A stretch of 47,747 nucleotides of DNA from NCBI GenBank assembly GCA_040182905.1, contig JARQWU010000052.1, forward strand, positions 1 through 47,747, read 5' to 3'. Below, in pieces: positions 30,293 through 41,641 of this stretch. Source of the stretch: Barthelona sp. PAP020. Its lineage: Eukaryota. Each line of letters begins with the position of its first letter. Positions within the stretch are counted from its first letter, which is position 1. Below the pieces are notes generated by a model. That model searched no databases and was not told the origin of the DNA. It saw only the letters and a list, made by a program, of their open reading frames with translations. A program made the position numbers and the translations under genes.

Positions 30293-31628
30293 CAAAGATA
30301 CTGAAAATTACGCGGAAAATTACGAAACAGAAGATGTGGTTGAAGTTAAAAAAGAATGTTACGTTTATAACTTTGGTCATGATAATATTTGCAAAATTTA
30401 TGGTGTTGTCAATAATGATACCGATAAAAAACAGCCTTTGGGTTATATAATGGAATATTGTCCAATTTCGCTCCATGAAAACATTGAAAGAATGAGTCTG
30501 TTGGAAAAAGTTGCAAGTTCGTTGCAAATAGCGACTGCACTTAAATTTTGTCATGATAAAGGGATTGTTCATCGAGATATCAAACCCGATAACATGTTGA
30601 TCAACGCTAAAGGTTCAACTATGCTTTGTGATTTTGGCTTTGTCGGTGAATACAAGATTGATGATATTCCCATTTTTCCTGACAATTCTCGCTATATGCC
30701 ACCTAAGTGTTGGCCTACAAATGATGAAGTTTGTCAGGTTTGTCCTAGTATTGATGCCTATGCATTTGGTGTTTCTTTTTTTCAAATAATGACTGGTAAG
30801 CCTCCCTCGCCTTATAATCCCTTTAATGAGTCCGATGTTGATTGAATTCCTGGATATGAGTTCATGTGGAAGTGTCTCGATAGAAATCCAACGAGAGACC
30901 GTTACTCCGTAAGGTTGTATATTATTTGACAGATCTAATAAATTCTTTAAATTGTTATTATTGGAAGATTACTTCGTCACAATCAAGCATATTCAATGAA
31001 TATTCTTTTCATCTATCCACAGGTTTGTATTTTCCTGTCAATGAATTTTCAAATTTTCGTTGTTTGAAAGATATTCATTACTTTTGGAAAATTGGAGACG
31101 ATTTGTGTGAGTACTCTAATTGAAGGGGATGAAAATCTTATCAATGAACAAGATTGTACAGGTGGCACTCCTATTTTTTATGCTTGTATGAAGGGACATA
31201 CTGAATTGGTTGAATTTTTATTGGAAAAGAATGCCGATATGTCTTTATGTTGCGATGAAATCTCTCCTTTGTATATCGCTTGTTTCAATGAATATTCTGA
31301 TATTGTTAGAAAGTTGTTGGATTATGGTCCCAATAATAATGGATGGGATATCAATAAATGTAACAATGATATTACTCCATTGCACGAACGTTGTTACAAA
31401 GGTAATTATGAAATTGCTGAATTGCTTGCAAATGCTGGTGCTGATTTAAATTTGTGCGTTGTTCGTGGTAAGTCTCCATGTTATATTTGTTGGCAAAAAG
31501 GAAACTTTAAAATGTTGGAAATGCTTATGAAAAAAGGGGCCAAATTTAAATCTGAAGAAATAATTATTTTGAGGAAATATTTCAAAGAAATAGTTCGTCG
31601 TGAATCGCTCATCTTGGATCTCAGATAA
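30249..31628 (+). pseudogene. Truncated, disrupted paralogue of the kinase-ankyrin gene
   Basis: HRDIKPDNM, CDFG, SRYMPP, IDAYAFGVSFFQIMTG. TGA replaces Trp (D*IPGYEFMWKCLD versus NWIPGYEFMLKCLD). Frameshifts, no G-loop or VAIK, about 4 ankyrin repeats at 31092-31628. Confidence 0.85.
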
Positions 31629-31853
31629 TTGTTGCATATGGTCTGCAATTGATTCCCAGAAAAGCATCAATGACAGATTTAAAATGCCAAAACTGTGATG
31701 TGATCAGCTTCAACCTTCTTAAAAATGTCAGATGTTTATTGTTCGTTGTATATTTAATAAAATCTTCTTTCATCTACTGTAGTCATTTTGTTTTTGCACC
31801 AATGTGTGTTTCTTTTTAAGTATTCTTTTTGAAGCTTCTCCACTTCTTTTAAA

Positions 31854-32729
31854 ATGAGAAAGGAGCTGAACAATACAATTCAATCAAGAAGTGATTTGGA
31901 AAGTGGTTCAATCGAAGTGAATGTTGGACCAAAGACAATTTTAATGTTTATATACTGTAAGAAGGTGAAAAATGTTAAAGAAGTGTCCCTATTCTGGACA
32001 GAATTGGAAGGAAAGGGAGGATTCGAAAAAAGATTGTTAGATAGTCAAAACAAGAACAAGAAGAGGGCAGGTAATAACCTTGACAAATAATGTTGAGAAA
32101 ATTAAAGAAATTAATGAAACAAAAAAATGTAAAGATTTTACAAACATTTTCATAAATAAGACATGTATAACCCACATATATGACAGCAACTAAGATACAA
32201 GCATTACTCGGAGAGTTCAACAAAAGTCAAAAAAACGTCAGATAAGACCTCACACATAGAGATAACGTTCAGGAGAACAATTCTTTACTTCAAGAATCCT
32301 GAATTTAATCCTTTAGGTCGCATCCTTTTTTTTTTTTAGGCGTCGAACATCCCAAAATCTTCGTCATCGAAAAACTTCTAACTATTCGAAACCCAACGTA
32401 ATTAACATAAAAATAAAAGTCTTTTAAATTTATGAAATTTATCGAAAGAATTAAAGAAATTCTGTAAGGAAAGGAACTTCAATTATCTACTGGCTCTTCA
32501 CTCGTTCAGAAGAGGAAGAACCAGGGCTTTGTTCAAGGGTTTAGAAAATGGGGACCGTTCCGGTGATATAGACGTACTGATTCAAATGGGTGGATGGAAG
32601 TCTGTTCAAATAGCCGAGTTTTACGCAGCTCATTCGGTTTACGTGGATTCGATTCAGAATAATCCTGGACAAGAGTGTTCTGAATCATCCACGCAAAAAG
32701 ACTCAGTTACAAGTACCCCCAAACTCTAA
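31854..32729 (+). mobile_element. Decayed tyrosine-recombinase gene (DIRS/Ngaro/Crypton-like element relic)
   Basis: In frame upstream of ORF 32529: LHSFRRGRTRALF...IQMGGWKS...EFY (HxxR at 32499, then W and catalytic Y). Upstream frameshifted fragments NPEFNPLGRILFF and KRA..IT...MLRKL. Confidence 0.75.
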
Positions 32730-32906
32730 CCGAGAATAATAAATGTCTTTACAAGCATTTTTTATTGTTGTCTTGTGAATTGTTGTTTCTTTCATATTTA
32801 TGAAGTGGTGTATTTTCAAATCTTCTTTTTTGTCTGATTGATTTGACCAAATATTTTTCATGTCAATCATTTCCACAATCATTATCCTTTTTGTTCATTT
32901 TTATAC

Positions 32907-34115
32907 ATGCCAACCAATGCGAATAAAGAACCAAAGGAACGAAATATTGATGATTCAATCCTTTGGAAAATCAATGAAGAAAATGAACATGAAATTCGAG
33001 ATATTCCTTATTGGATGCAAGTTTGTGATTATTCTCCAAACAACGAATATTTAGCTGTTGGTTGTAGTGAAGGTTATGTTCTTATAATTGATATAAAAGA
33101 AAGAAAAATATGTCGTTCTTTAAAAGATCACACACATAATGTTTTAGGAGTTGCTTTCTCAAAGAATGGAGAACTATTTGCTACATGTTCTGAAGATAAG
33201 ACTATTGTTTTGTATAATTTTGAAGATTTTACAATTGTGGCAAAATTTTCAAATGACAGTCCAATTTATGGCATTTGCTTTTCTGTTTGTTCCAATTTTT
33301 TATACAGTGGTGATTGGCAAGGTTATCTTTTGAAATGTAATCTGGCGAATTTTGAGATTGTTTGCAAAACAAGGATTCACTTTGATTGGATCAGCAATCT
33401 TTGTGTTTCATCAAATGGTAACTATCTTTTGTCAACAAGTTTTGATTGTACGGCCAATTTGATTTGTCTGAACAATTTGACTGTTCTTCATACCTACAAT
33501 CACGATAATTTTGTTTTCGCAATAGACTTTCATCCTACCAAACAAATGTTTGTTGCTGGTGATTTTTCAAGGAAAGTGAAGTTTTGGAGCATTGATGATC
33601 TATCGCTACTTCATGAGTTTGAAATGAAGGGTTCAATTGTTGCTCTCTGTTTTCTAACATGCTGTATCCTGCTGGTCATGTCTGATGATGGTTGTGTAAC
33701 CACATATAATGTAGATACCTTTCAGGAGATTCAAAGAATCTCTTCTTCTTGTGATAGTGACAATTTCGTATTTTCCATATCTAGTGATAGCACGCATTTT
33801 GCTTTAGGGTGTTGTGAAGCGAATATAATCCAACTTTTTTCCCTTAATTCACCTTTTGATGCTTGTTATCAAACTAAATTGATTCAGTTATCAAAAGGTT
33901 CTGGAAACGTTCTTTCGTATCTTGTCACTGCTGAATGTCCAACCAATATCATTAGAAAATTAGTTTGTGATGGCATATGTATGAATCAACAGGAGCATGA
34001 AGATATCGTCAGTACATGTTGGGATCTTGTTGAAATTAATGAAAAGAATGGGGGTAACATGTTTAAATTTGGTCATGATACAGGTGATGTGAGTGATGAG
34101 AGTGATGATGATTGA
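32907..34115 (+). CDS. WD40 beta-propeller protein with a short helical C-terminal domain
   Basis: YSPNNEYLAVG, HTHNVLGVAFS..GELFATCSEDKTI, LSTSFD, FHPTK, VKFW. About 7 blades. Confidence 0.88.
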   Translation: MPTNANKEPKERNIDDSILWKINEENEHEIRDIPYWMQVCDYSPNNEYLAVGCSEGYVLIIDIKERKICRSLKDHTHNVLGVAFSKNGELFATCSEDKTIVLYNFEDFTIVAKFSNDSPIYGICFSVCSNFLYSGDWQGYLLKCNLANFEIVCKTRIHFDWISNLCVSSNGNYLLSTSFDCTANLICLNNLTVLHTYNHDNFVFAIDFHPTKQMFVAGDFSRKVKFWSIDDLSLLHEFEMKGSIVALCFLTCCILLVMSDDGCVTTYNVDTFQEIQRISSSCDSDNFVFSISSDSTHFALGCCEANIIQLFSLNSPFDACYQTKLIQLSKGSGNVLSYLVTAECPTNIIRKLVCDGICMNQQEHEDIVSTCWDLVEINEKNGGNMFKFGHDTGDVSDESDDD

Positions 34116-35193
34116 ATATTTAGTGTGTACATCAGGAGATATATTATAGCACATTAGAAAGGCATGTAAAGAGGTTTTGGGAGTTAATTCTTTTCAGTAG
34201 GTGCAACAGCCTTGCATATAATTCACAATTGGATCTCACATTGATCATCCAAATGCCTTTGCCATGTCTAACATTCATTTGTGTTGTTTTGGTGGGTTTT
34301 GGCTGTTTTGAATCTTTACAAATAGGGCGTTAACCAAATAATGAAATATTGAACACAAAGAAGTTATTTTCTGCATTTTGCATTTTTGGTCTGTCATAAA
34401 TGTTATGGTTGAGTTTCTTTTATTTCCGTTTTCCTTTGAACAACTAATTTCTTCTGTCTCAATTTAATCATTGTAAAGTCATTATTGAATCCTCAGACAA
34501 TTTAACATCACTTTTAAATGCAAGGATCTATACTGAATAAATTATTTATTTAAGGTTTAATTTTGACAGAAGATATCCAACAAACTGAAATAAAAAAATA
34601 AAATGTGAGATTTCACAAATATCATAAGAGTAGACATGATCAAGTCACACATGAGACAGTTGTTGAAAAATGAGCATGGTTTCCCCGTCAAAAATCTTTT
34701 ATTTTGTCCACCCATAGAGGCACCCTTTTAAATGCACACTTAGTATATCACAAACTTGTAGCCAAACTGTTTACCACTCAAAGTAATGAGCAAGCAAAAA
34801 GGAAAACTTAACACTTCAAAAATTTGGAAAGATGTATCCAGGACACAGGAAATGAAATGAATTTTCACGATTTTTGACTTTGTCGAATCATTTTGTTCTT
34901 TTTTGAAAGAAGAAAACATTAAACAAAGCAAACCTTGTGATTTAAAAGGACAAAATCAAAATAGTATTTTGAGTTAACAAAGTCATGGATCATATAAGGT
35001 TCAGCATGAAAAGTTTCATTCTATTTCTTTAAGACCGAAAGGCTATCGAAATTTCTTGAGAATACCATTGCAAAAATATCAATAGAAGCATTTAAATATT
35101 ATAAGAACGTCTATTTATCCTAATTAATAAAGATTAAGGAATTAAAAAAAATTTATAAATGAAAACTAACCTCAGAACTTTTTACACACAAAA

Positions 35194-35745
35194 CTAATTT
35201 CCAACAAATTTACAACCATCCAAGTCTTTTGAAGGTCCTTTAATATAAGCAGCTTTGCCTTCAGATGACAGTAATTGCACAATTTCTTCCATCAATTCCC
35301 TGGGAACGATCAATTCTTTTTTTCTTAAAAATGGATTGTCTGACGATGTTTCATCTGATAATTCAAAAAATGTGAACACAGTATTGGCAAAAGATGATTC
35401 AAAAACCAAAAAATTATGCACTTCATTGGCCCATTCTGATAAAGTTTTCCAAAGAATCAACACAATTTTATGATCAGCATCTAAATACTTTGCATGTCCT
35501 ATTTGTTCCATGTGATCTAAAAAAAAGATTAGATCATCTCTTGATAAACTTCTGTTCAATTTTTCATTTGAAAAAATAGGAATTTTTTGAAATTCAGATA
35601 TATTTAGAATGAATTGTCGATTAAATTCATGAAAACTACAAATTAATTGAGTCCATAAAGCTTTTTGTTTTGCTAATACATCTTCATTGATTTGTCTTGT
35701 AAATAAAGGAGCAAAATTATAAAATTCTGGATATTCAAAACTCAT
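35194..35745 (-). CDS. VPS25: ESCRT-II subunit VPS25
   Basis: MSFEYPEFYNFAPLFTRQ, W..LI, FSNEKLNRSL, ILWKTLSEWA, TFFEL, GKA, GCKF. ATG at 35745. Confidence 0.92.
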   Translation of the reverse strand: MSFEYPEFYNFAPLFTRQINEDVLAKQKALWTQLICSFHEFNRQFILNISEFQKIPIFSNEKLNRSLSRDDLIFFLDHMEQIGHAKYLDADHKIVLILWKTLSEWANEVHNFLVFESSFANTVFTFFELSDETSSDNPFLRKKELIVPRELMEEIVQLLSSEGKAAYIKGPSKDLDGCKFVGN

Positions 35746-35823
35746 ATAAAGAATTAATCTCAAAAAAAATAATAAAACCAAAATGGAAAATGATTCATTT
35801 TCAAAAGAATTTTCTTCATTTGA

Positions 35824-37476
35824 ATGCCTCCAAAACAAGTTAAACCACGATATATACTTGCAAAACGAGATAATTCAATTGAGTTATTGTCAAAATTATT
35901 ATTATCAACTAAATACATACGATTATCATTGGGCAATTTATTTTCTCTTGAATGTGGTTGTGCTAATATTCAAGAAATGAAAAAAAAAGTTGAATATTTA
36001 ATTGCGGGTGGTCCTTTAACTTTAAATCAATTAACAACATCACCAGAAACGTTTTATGGATTTTGGGGTAAATATTACAATATGTGTACTGGATCTGAAC
36101 CTCATATTAATTATAAATTATTGAAACAAATATTATTTACGTCCAATAGTGAGAATATCACATATATTAGAGATACGATGGTTGATCTAAATACTAATCC
36201 AGCAGCAATTCAATATTCCCAACACAAAGGGGGTAGATCTTATGGAAAAGGGATTGTTTTAAAACGACAAGTCAAGGATGATGATCCACCTGTTCCTTAT
36301 CAACATTTTTCGATTGTTACAAGCTTACTCGATGGGCATTTGATAAGGGCTGGTTTTGATAACAACGATATTTTCCATTTGAAAGGGTCGATTACGGATT
36401 GGCAATGTTCTGAAAAGTGTACAAAGGAAATAACCAATCTTCCAACTGATTTCAGATTCGTAATAGACCCCTTGACTTTACAGGCCGTGTTCCCTTCAGT
36501 TTTTTCCAGACATGTTGAAATTTTAGAAGTTGAGAAGGCTAAACAATTGAAGGAATCATTAAAGAAGAATAAGAAGAAAAAAACGACTCCTTTTGCAAAG
36601 AAAAACGAAGAGCCCAAGAAAATTGGCTTGTTAAGAATCACACAAAAAAGCTTTGAAGAGCCATTTCCTCGGCTTGTAAATGTTGATAGTGTAGAAGAAC
36701 AAAACATGTTATTTTCAAAGTTGCAAAAGGAAAATACCAGTGGAAGTAGAGTTTTTACGCCCAGAATACGTAGTTTAAATGAACCGATTCGACAATACAA
36801 GCATTTGGCAAAGGTTCCTCAAAACCATCGTAAATTTTCGGGATTAAGAGCAGATAGATCTGAAATTACTTGTGCGGAAATTTTCAAGATCAAGGGAATC
36901 GAACCCGAAGTAAAACCTCTTGTTTCCACACCAATATCGTTTATTCCTATTGCAGAAAACAATGATGCAGAATCTGTCACTGAAAAACCTTTTGAATCTC
37001 AATCAGTTGCTTGTGTACCTACTTGGAATCACCCTATTTGTAAAAAATGTGGTAAAGCGTTAAGGCCTCATATCAGATTGTTGAACGACACTTCGTTCTT
37101 TTCGATTGGAGCGAACACCTCCAATAATTGGTTAGAAATGGTCATTAACAGGCTTATTTTAAATGAAAATGAACCTCATCCAGAGATTTTGGTTTTGTTT
37201 GAAATCGGGGTAGTAGATAAGAAGTTACGCATGATGAATGAACTGATATTAGAAAGACATGAATTTGTGTTTTTAGTTCGAGTAAATTCTGTAGATTCAG
37301 GTGTTCCTGAAGAGTTTGCTGGAAGGTGCATTTCCATTGATATGAAAATTGAAAAACTATTTCAAGAGTTGTTGCACACAATGAATGACCTTGACAGCTA
37401 TGTTCCTGAGAATGAAGTTAGTTCATTGCCTTTGAATGTTACAAATACAATTCCTGGAAAAAAAAGGTTGGTCTGA
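35824..37476 (+). CDS. Divergent, probably inactive Sir2/sirtuin-like protein with a large insert
   Basis: FYGFW, PHINY, TSLLDGHLIRAGF (cf. TSNVDGHF.KAGF), LKGS..WQCSEKC, CKKCG..LRPH, LFEIGV, LVRVN. Confidence 0.7.
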   Translation: MPPKQVKPRYILAKRDNSIELLSKLLLSTKYIRLSLGNLFSLECGCANIQEMKKKVEYLIAGGPLTLNQLTTSPETFYGFWGKYYNMCTGSEPHINYKLLKQILFTSNSENITYIRDTMVDLNTNPAAIQYSQHKGGRSYGKGIVLKRQVKDDDPPVPYQHFSIVTSLLDGHLIRAGFDNNDIFHLKGSITDWQCSEKCTKEITNLPTDFRFVIDPLTLQAVFPSVFSRHVEILEVEKAKQLKESLKKNKKKKTTPFAKKNEEPKKIGLLRITQKSFEEPFPRLVNVDSVEEQNMLFSKLQKENTSGSRVFTPRIRSLNEPIRQYKHLAKVPQNHRKFSGLRADRSEITCAEIFKIKGIEPEVKPLVSTPISFIPIAENNDAESVTEKPFESQSVACVPTWNHPICKKCGKALRPHIRLLNDTSFFSIGANTSNNWLEMVINRLILNENEPHPEILVLFEIGVVDKKLRMMNELILERHEFVFLVRVNSVDSGVPEEFAGRCISIDMKIEKLFQELLHTMNDLDSYVPENEVSSLPLNVTNTIPGKKRLV

Positions 37477-38096
37477 CATTGTTTTGTAAATAGTTTTTTG
37501 TTTTTCCTTTATCCAAAACTCTCTATACTTGAGACTAGTGTGATTGGTGTTTTTGGTGATTATTTATCAAAAGAGATGAATTTATTTGGAGAGAAAGGAA
37601 GAGGGAGGTGAGATTCATTTTAGGAACATCTCAGCCCTGATGCTGTCATTTCATAGGCTCTCTAGAGGTGAGAACTGTCGTATGTTATATGGGCAAAATC
37701 ATTACATGTTTAGTTGTTCGAAAGAGCAAGAAGACTTTGCTTATTTTGAAATTTATCTTAAATGTACAAGTCTTTTTTGCTGTTTGCTTGTAAAGTTGAC
37801 ATAAATCACTTTGTGACTCTATCTGCTATCTTCTTTTTTCTTTTCTTCTGAGGGCACTTTTGTCACTTTGCAACAAAAGTTTTGATAATCTTTGGGCAAA
37901 CAAACAAAAATTAACCTATAAATTTATAAAGACACAAAACAAAAAGAAAAACAAAAAGAGTTTCAATTCATTGATTGTCAACCATAGAGGCATCAACGCT
38001 CAGCCAGCAAAAATCGTAAAGTCATGCATTTACATGATGATAAACACACACAAAAAGAAAACGTTTGAAAAGAACAAACATTAGTGTTAATCACAA

Positions 38097-39320
38097 TCAA
38101 TCACTTTCATCGAAATCACTTTCAAAGCTTGAATCATATAATGTGTCTGCTTCTGCTTTTTCAACAGCTTTATTTTTCAATTTAGTTAAAGAGGAGAAGG
38201 ACAACAGTGCAACAAAAGAAACCAAAGATAAACCAGATATGACCATTAAAAAAAGGTAAAAGATTGGGTTATCCAAAACAAAAGCCCTGATGGAGATAAA
38301 TATGGAGGGTTTTTCTTCTTTGCCAAATGGTTTCACCTGGCCAATGGAAATTTTGGGCAAATCACTTAGATTTAAACCTTTGAATTTCCAAAAAATGTCA
38401 TTTTGAAGGTCAATGACAATTGTAACAGGAAGTTCTGCAAATTTTATGTTTAAAGTTTGAAAAAACTCAAAGGAGAAAGGCTTAACCAAAAAAGTGAAAA
38501 AGTACGATGATGAAAATTGATTCAGGAGATTCAAAAAGTTTTTGTCAAGAAAAGATGTATCATTAGCAACAAATACGACCAGTTTTTTATTTAAATTTGC
38601 CAAGTTTTTGTAGGTGGTAGGATTAAATTCGCTAACCAAAGGAAATAAATTTTTTATGAAAAAATTTCGAAAATCTTCAATTTTTGCTCGTTTTTTTACA
38701 TTTTTCAGCATTTTATTTTCAAATTTTAAACTGTATTCTTCCTTATCATTTTGCCTTTTCAAAAGAATATCATTGGCAGTACAATTTGTATTACGTGAAG
38801 AAATAATTAAATGTTGATGATATCTTCGAGCAATTTTTAACAACTCTTCAAGAAATATATCATCTCCCAAATCACAAATAACAAACTCAACCTTCCTTTC
38901 AACCCCAATTTCTCTGCTGTTATTTTGCTTTTGTATTTGAGTGTTTTCAATCTCTTCACAAAATTTAATCAAAGACTCAATCGTTCTTTCACCATAATAA
39001 TTAAAACTTTCAGAACCATTAATAAACACAAAATAAGGTTGTATAGTCTTACTATTTAATGAATATTTCTTTACAAGTCTTTTATTTTCATTAATATTTA
39101 CATAACATGGTTTAATACTCATATTTTTTAATTTTTTATCCAAATTCATATATTCAGTTTTAAATGTTTGATTTTGAATACATGAAGACGATTCAAACAT
39201 GACTATACAAGGGCTATCAAGTAATAAATTCATATTGTTTTTTGTAATTTCAATCACTTCGCATTTCACTAATGAAATAATAAATAAACATATTATACAC
39301 CATTCAATTGATAATTTCAT
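38097..39320 (-). CDS. Thioredoxin-fold PDI/TMX-like type I membrane protein lacking CxxC
   Basis: Signal peptide, VIEITKNN, VMFESSSC, YYGERTIESLIKF, FPLVSEFNPTTY, LPVTIVID, C-terminal TM. Confidence 0.75.
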   Translation of the reverse strand: MKLSIEWCIICLFIISLVKCEVIEITKNNMNLLLDSPCIVMFESSSCIQNQTFKTEYMNLDKKLKNMSIKPCYVNINENKRLVKKYSLNSKTIQPYFVFINGSESFNYYGERTIESLIKFCEEIENTQIQKQNNSREIGVERKVEFVICDLGDDIFLEELLKIARRYHQHLIISSRNTNCTANDILLKRQNDKEEYSLKFENKMLKNVKKRAKIEDFRNFFIKNLFPLVSEFNPTTYKNLANLNKKLVVFVANDTSFLDKNFLNLLNQFSSSYFFTFLVKPFSFEFFQTLNIKFAELPVTIVIDLQNDIFWKFKGLNLSDLPKISIGQVKPFGKEEKPSIFISIRAFVLDNPIFYLFLMVISGLSLVSFVALLSFSSLTKLKNKAVEKAEADTLYDSSFESDFDESD

Positions 39321-39898
39321 TATGAAAAATGGAAAAAATTATTCTCTTTGCAAAATTATACAATACACCATAGTTTTAATATTTATGTCATTTTGTTTTA
39401 TATTTCTTATTTATCAATGATAATAAACAATTTTTTTCACATATTATTCAGTTTCAATGTCAAAATCAAAACTTGTCAAGTTAGTAATTATGGTCCTCTT
39501 CAAATATTTATTAATAATTACCAAATATATTTGTATTAAGCACAAATCAATACTTTTTATGTAAAAAAAAGAAACTTATTAAACAGTAATACTTAAAAGA
39601 AGCAAAACAGGTTATTTCTAAAAATTCAATCAGCAAGTTTGATATTTAACAACAACTAAATCAAATAATCTAAAGAAATTGTTTCAATAAAGGAGCTTTT
39701 TTTGGACAAAACAACATCAAATCTTCAAACAATTTTATTTTTTATTTGTTGTAAATCACTGTAAATATGAATTTGAAAGAAGTTAAAAATAACTCGTTTA
39801 GAAATTCTTGTACTGCTGAAAAAAAAAACGAAGCACTTGCTTGACTTTCAATTTTTATCAAATTCCTTTTTGTTTTTAATATTATGTAGTTAATTTTA

Positions 39899-40291
39899 AT
39901 GATTGTTATGTCAAAAATAAGAGAAACAAATAATAATGATCAAACAATTAATGTTGCAGAACATATGTTTCATCTGTTTGATTGCAATTCTTGTGATGGT
40001 ATTATAACTTCTGAAGATTTATCAATTTATTTTACCAACTGCAAATTTGATTGTACAATTGATCTTCAACAATTTGAAGATATTTGTTCTTTGGAAGGTA
40101 ATTGTTCCTTTGAAGATACCCTATTAGAACTTTTTAAATTGTTAGATGTAGATAATGATAAAAAACTCTTAAATGTAGATGTTTGGAGTTTTTGTTCATT
40201 TTTAGGTATTAGTCTTGAAAAATTCATGGGAGATCATGTAACTTTAGATTATAAAGAGTTTAAAGCTCAGCTATATTCTTCTTTATTATAA
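39899..40291 (+). CDS. Small EF-hand (calmodulin-like) protein
   Basis: FHLFDCNSCDGIITSEDL, FKLLDVDNDKKL, LDYKEF. Confidence 0.7.
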   Translation: MIVMSKIRETNNNDQTINVAEHMFHLFDCNSCDGIITSEDLSIYFTNCKFDCTIDLQQFEDICSLEGNCSFEDTLLELFKLLDVDNDKKLLNVDVWSFCSFLGISLEKFMGDHVTLDYKEFKAQLYSSLL

Positions 40292-40393
40292 AAAAATGTA
40301 TTGTTTTATTGTTGGATAACTTTTTTCTATTTAATATTGATAATAATAAGCCCTTTTTAGAAAATTTATGCAATATAACAAAACTGAAAAAAG

Positions 40394-41173
40394 ATGAATG
40401 ATAGTATGAAAAAGGGTTTCCTTCAAAAGAAGCGACCAATGAAAAATATTGAAAAACCGAAACAAAAACCTTCAAATTTGAAAAAAAAAGATAATATTAA
40501 ACAAAGATTATTAAGAGAAGATATTGGATTACCCAAATTAATGAATGAATACAAAAATCTTCAAATAAAAGGTACAGAAAAAAATGCATTGGAAGATTTG
40601 AGTTCAATTTTGAGTTATTTAAAACAATGGGCAGCAAATTGCAATCCTGCGTTTGTTGGAAATTTTTCAGATTATCTTCAAAAGGTGTCCAATTGTTACA
40701 ATCAAGATTTAGCATTTAGAGATAAAGTTGCTACTTTAATGCATGAGGTAGGAGGTTATAGATTTGCTGATGAAGAAGAAATGGAAGAGGCAGAGGAGAT
40801 GGAGTTGGAAATTGATGAAAGAGATTTAGTTAATGCGGGTCGAATCAGGTTGCAACATGTAGACAGAATGGCTAATTCTAAAAAAACTCCAGAATTTCCT
40901 TTTGTTGAAGAAGAAGAGGAAGAGTTTATTGAAAGCGATTATGAATATGATGTAATTGGTGAAAACACTCCAAATACAATTCAAACATCATCTGTTGGAA
41001 TGTCCACTGAGATGGATGAACAAGATTTAGCTATTCGAGGATTTGAAGCCATTATGAACGATGTAAATATTGAAAATATTTTTGATGAACAAGAAAGAGA
41101 AATTGCAGTATTTGAAGCCCTACAGAATCAAAAGAATGATAGTGATGATGATGAATTGGAGGCTTTTAATTAG
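40394..41173 (+). CDS. TIPIN: Replication fork protection subunit TIPIN/Swi3/Csm3
   Basis: RLLREDIGLPKL...KG....EDL..IL..LKQWA...P, followed by an acidic tail. Confidence 0.75.
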   Translation: MNDSMKKGFLQKKRPMKNIEKPKQKPSNLKKKDNIKQRLLREDIGLPKLMNEYKNLQIKGTEKNALEDLSSILSYLKQWAANCNPAFVGNFSDYLQKVSNCYNQDLAFRDKVATLMHEVGGYRFADEEEMEEAEEMELEIDERDLVNAGRIRLQHVDRMANSKKTPEFPFVEEEEEEFIESDYEYDVIGENTPNTIQTSSVGMSTEMDEQDLAIRGFEAIMNDVNIENIFDEQEREIAVFEALQNQKNDSDDDELEAFN

Positions 41174-41257
41174 TTAAACAAAATAAATAATAAATAGAAA
41201 CATTAGAAGACATTTATTTTTCAATTATTCATTTTCCTCTTTTTAATGGTTTTACAG

Positions 41258-41557
41258 TCACAATTCAAAGTTTAAAGAAGCCCATTTATAAATAATGAAT
41301 ATAAATCCAGCTAAAATTCCAACAGCTATCAAAAATAAAATGCAAGAAAGGTCAAGATCCTGTCTTTTTTTACTTTTAGAAGTAAATTCCTTTTTTGGAG
41401 CTTGTTCTGTATGTCCTTTGAATCCGTAAAGTGCTTTTTGTCGTGAATTTGGCTCAGATAATTTGATTTCAACATCGATACCACTGTTTTCTTCATCTAA
41501 CAAACTTTTGTCCAATGAATCATTATTATCCTTTAACTTTAATTGCTTAGAAATCAT
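41258..41557 (-). CDS. Small tail-anchored membrane protein
   Basis: 99-aa ORF with a single C-terminal hydrophobic helix ILFLIAVGILAGFIFIIY. Confidence 0.6.
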   Translation of the reverse strand: MISKQLKLKDNNDSLDKSLLDEENSGIDVEIKLSEPNSRQKALYGFKGHTEQAPKKEFTSKSKKRQDLDLSCILFLIAVGILAGFIFIIYKWASLNFEL

Positions 41558-41641
41558 TCAAATCGAAAACAAACAATTGATATAATGAAATAAACAAATA
41601 AAAAATTCAACAAAAACAAAAAACAAACATTTCTTTACTTT

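Noticed and set aside
30843..30845. TGA at a conserved Trp, suggesting an alternative genetic code or readthrough
   Set aside because: Intact genes here use TGG for Trp and several end in TGA. The same locus also has frameshifts, so it is a nonsense mutation.
32296..32325. NPEFNPL read as a Tc1/IS630 SPDLNPIE motif
   Set aside because: The catalytic Glu is absent, and the downstream HSFRRG/GGW/Y motifs fit a tyrosine recombinase better.
35194..35745. VPS25 (ESCRT) next to the MLKL-like island as a membrane-repair partner
   Set aside because: It starts an ordinary housekeeping block; adjacency alone is not evidence.
35746..35838. Apparent overlap of the VPS25 and sirtuin-like ORFs
   Set aside because: Artefact of a non-ATG start in the ORF track; the VPS25 ATG is at 35745.
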